In this document: piece after piece, positions 63,152-64,000 of the stretch
Position numbering within the stretch: the first letter of the stretch is position 1
Layout: each line of letters opens with the position of its first letter
Origin: Takakia lepidozioides
Lineage: Eukaryota; Plantae; Bryophyta
Assembly (NCBI GenBank): GCA_030704615.1
Contig: CM060733.1
Coordinates: forward strand, 55,304,001 to 55,368,000
Direction of reading: 5' to 3'
DNA length: 64,000 nt
Program-made: the position numbers and the translations under genes
Notes under the pieces: generated by a model
Seen by the model: the letters and a program-made list of their open reading frames with translations, nothing else
The model's database searches: none
What the model was told of the DNA's origin: nothing

Positions 63152-64000
63152 TGTCGTGCGCATACATATCGCTACACAACTACATCGCTGTCCAAAACCA
63201 CACAACACATGTGCACACCACACACTAGTATACCACTAGTCTACCACTAGTCCAGCCACTAGTTTAACCACTAGGCTACAACTAGTCAGTCACTAGGCTG
63301 CCACTATGCTGCCCACTATGGCAGTCACTAGTCCACACAATGATAAAGAAGAAGAATACAAGCACAAGCTCATGCGAGCTCACAAAGCTGAAGCATAAAC
63401 TCATGCATATATAACCTCATCACTCAAATACAAGTCAAGCCAAGTGCACCCCACGCCATGGGGAATCCACACTACGGCGCCATAGCTAGGCGCGGTGAGG
63501 CTCAACTCGAGAAAGATGAGCCTCCCGCGCTTGCCGTGAAGATAACCACTCCAGGGCCTAAATCTGCCTTGACCCCTGGATTGACACTTGGGCCAATCCC
63601 AAATATCAATATGTAAAAGCTAGCTATTTCCTAGCTAGTTTCACACTAGTGGTAAAATAACTTGACAGCTGTCGTGCGCATACATATCGCTACACAACTA
63701 CATCGCTGTCCAAAACCACACAACACATGTGCACACCACACACTAGTATACCACTAGTCTACCACTAGTCCAGCCACTAGTTTAACCACTAGGCTACAAC
63801 TAGTCAGTCACTAGGCTGCCACTACGCTGCCCACTATGGCAGTCACTAGTCCACACAATCGCCCCCCTAGCTGGTGCTTAGGTCCCTCTAAGTCCAGGTA
63901 GCCACAAGATGTGATAGTGACCATAGCCTCACTAAGTCCTCCACCACTATCCCTACTACACTCAAACTCGATAGATCAAGAGGCCGGGTGCAAGAGTTGC
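63152..64000 (-). mobile_element. 3' end of an LTR retrotransposon (PPT plus LTR) inserted in the ParB-gene intron
   Basis: On the minus strand, purine tract AGGGGGGCGAT (63858-63868) is followed by TGTGTGGAC...CACGACA (TG...CA). The 188-bp block occurs twice (63670-63857 and 63152-63339). Confidence 0.65.

Overview
Eukaryotic, TE-dense plant DNA; a non-seed land plant such as a bryophyte is inferred from the repeat repertoire but not proven. The only clear host gene is an intronless GT47/exostosin xyloglucan glycosyltransferase (50507-51853). The rest is transposon-derived: a decayed Ty3/Gypsy element, LINE RT fragments, a CACTA remnant, a hAT remnant with an internal inversion, a near full-length L1/Tx1-like LINE and an LTR end. 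The standout is a complete 13.7-kb Mutator-like DNA transposon (11357-25033) with imperfect TIRs and a 9-bp TSD (CTCCAATTC). It carries two divergently transcribed, apparently intact spliced genes: a GCM-like/MULE-DDE/SWIM transposase and a ~1318-aa, 9-exon protein with an N-terminal ParB/Srx-like domain and a C-terminal prokaryote-type beta-class N6-A/N4-C DNA methyltransferase fold. The non-coding DNA of the element is full of one palindrome, AATTTCGGCGCCGAAATT. A diverged second element with the same layout lies inverted at 54137 to beyond 63100. A third, decayed ParB-MTase gene next to a CACTA remnant carries its own variant palindrome (GTCGGTACCGAC). All domain calls are by motif recognition only; no database searches were run.
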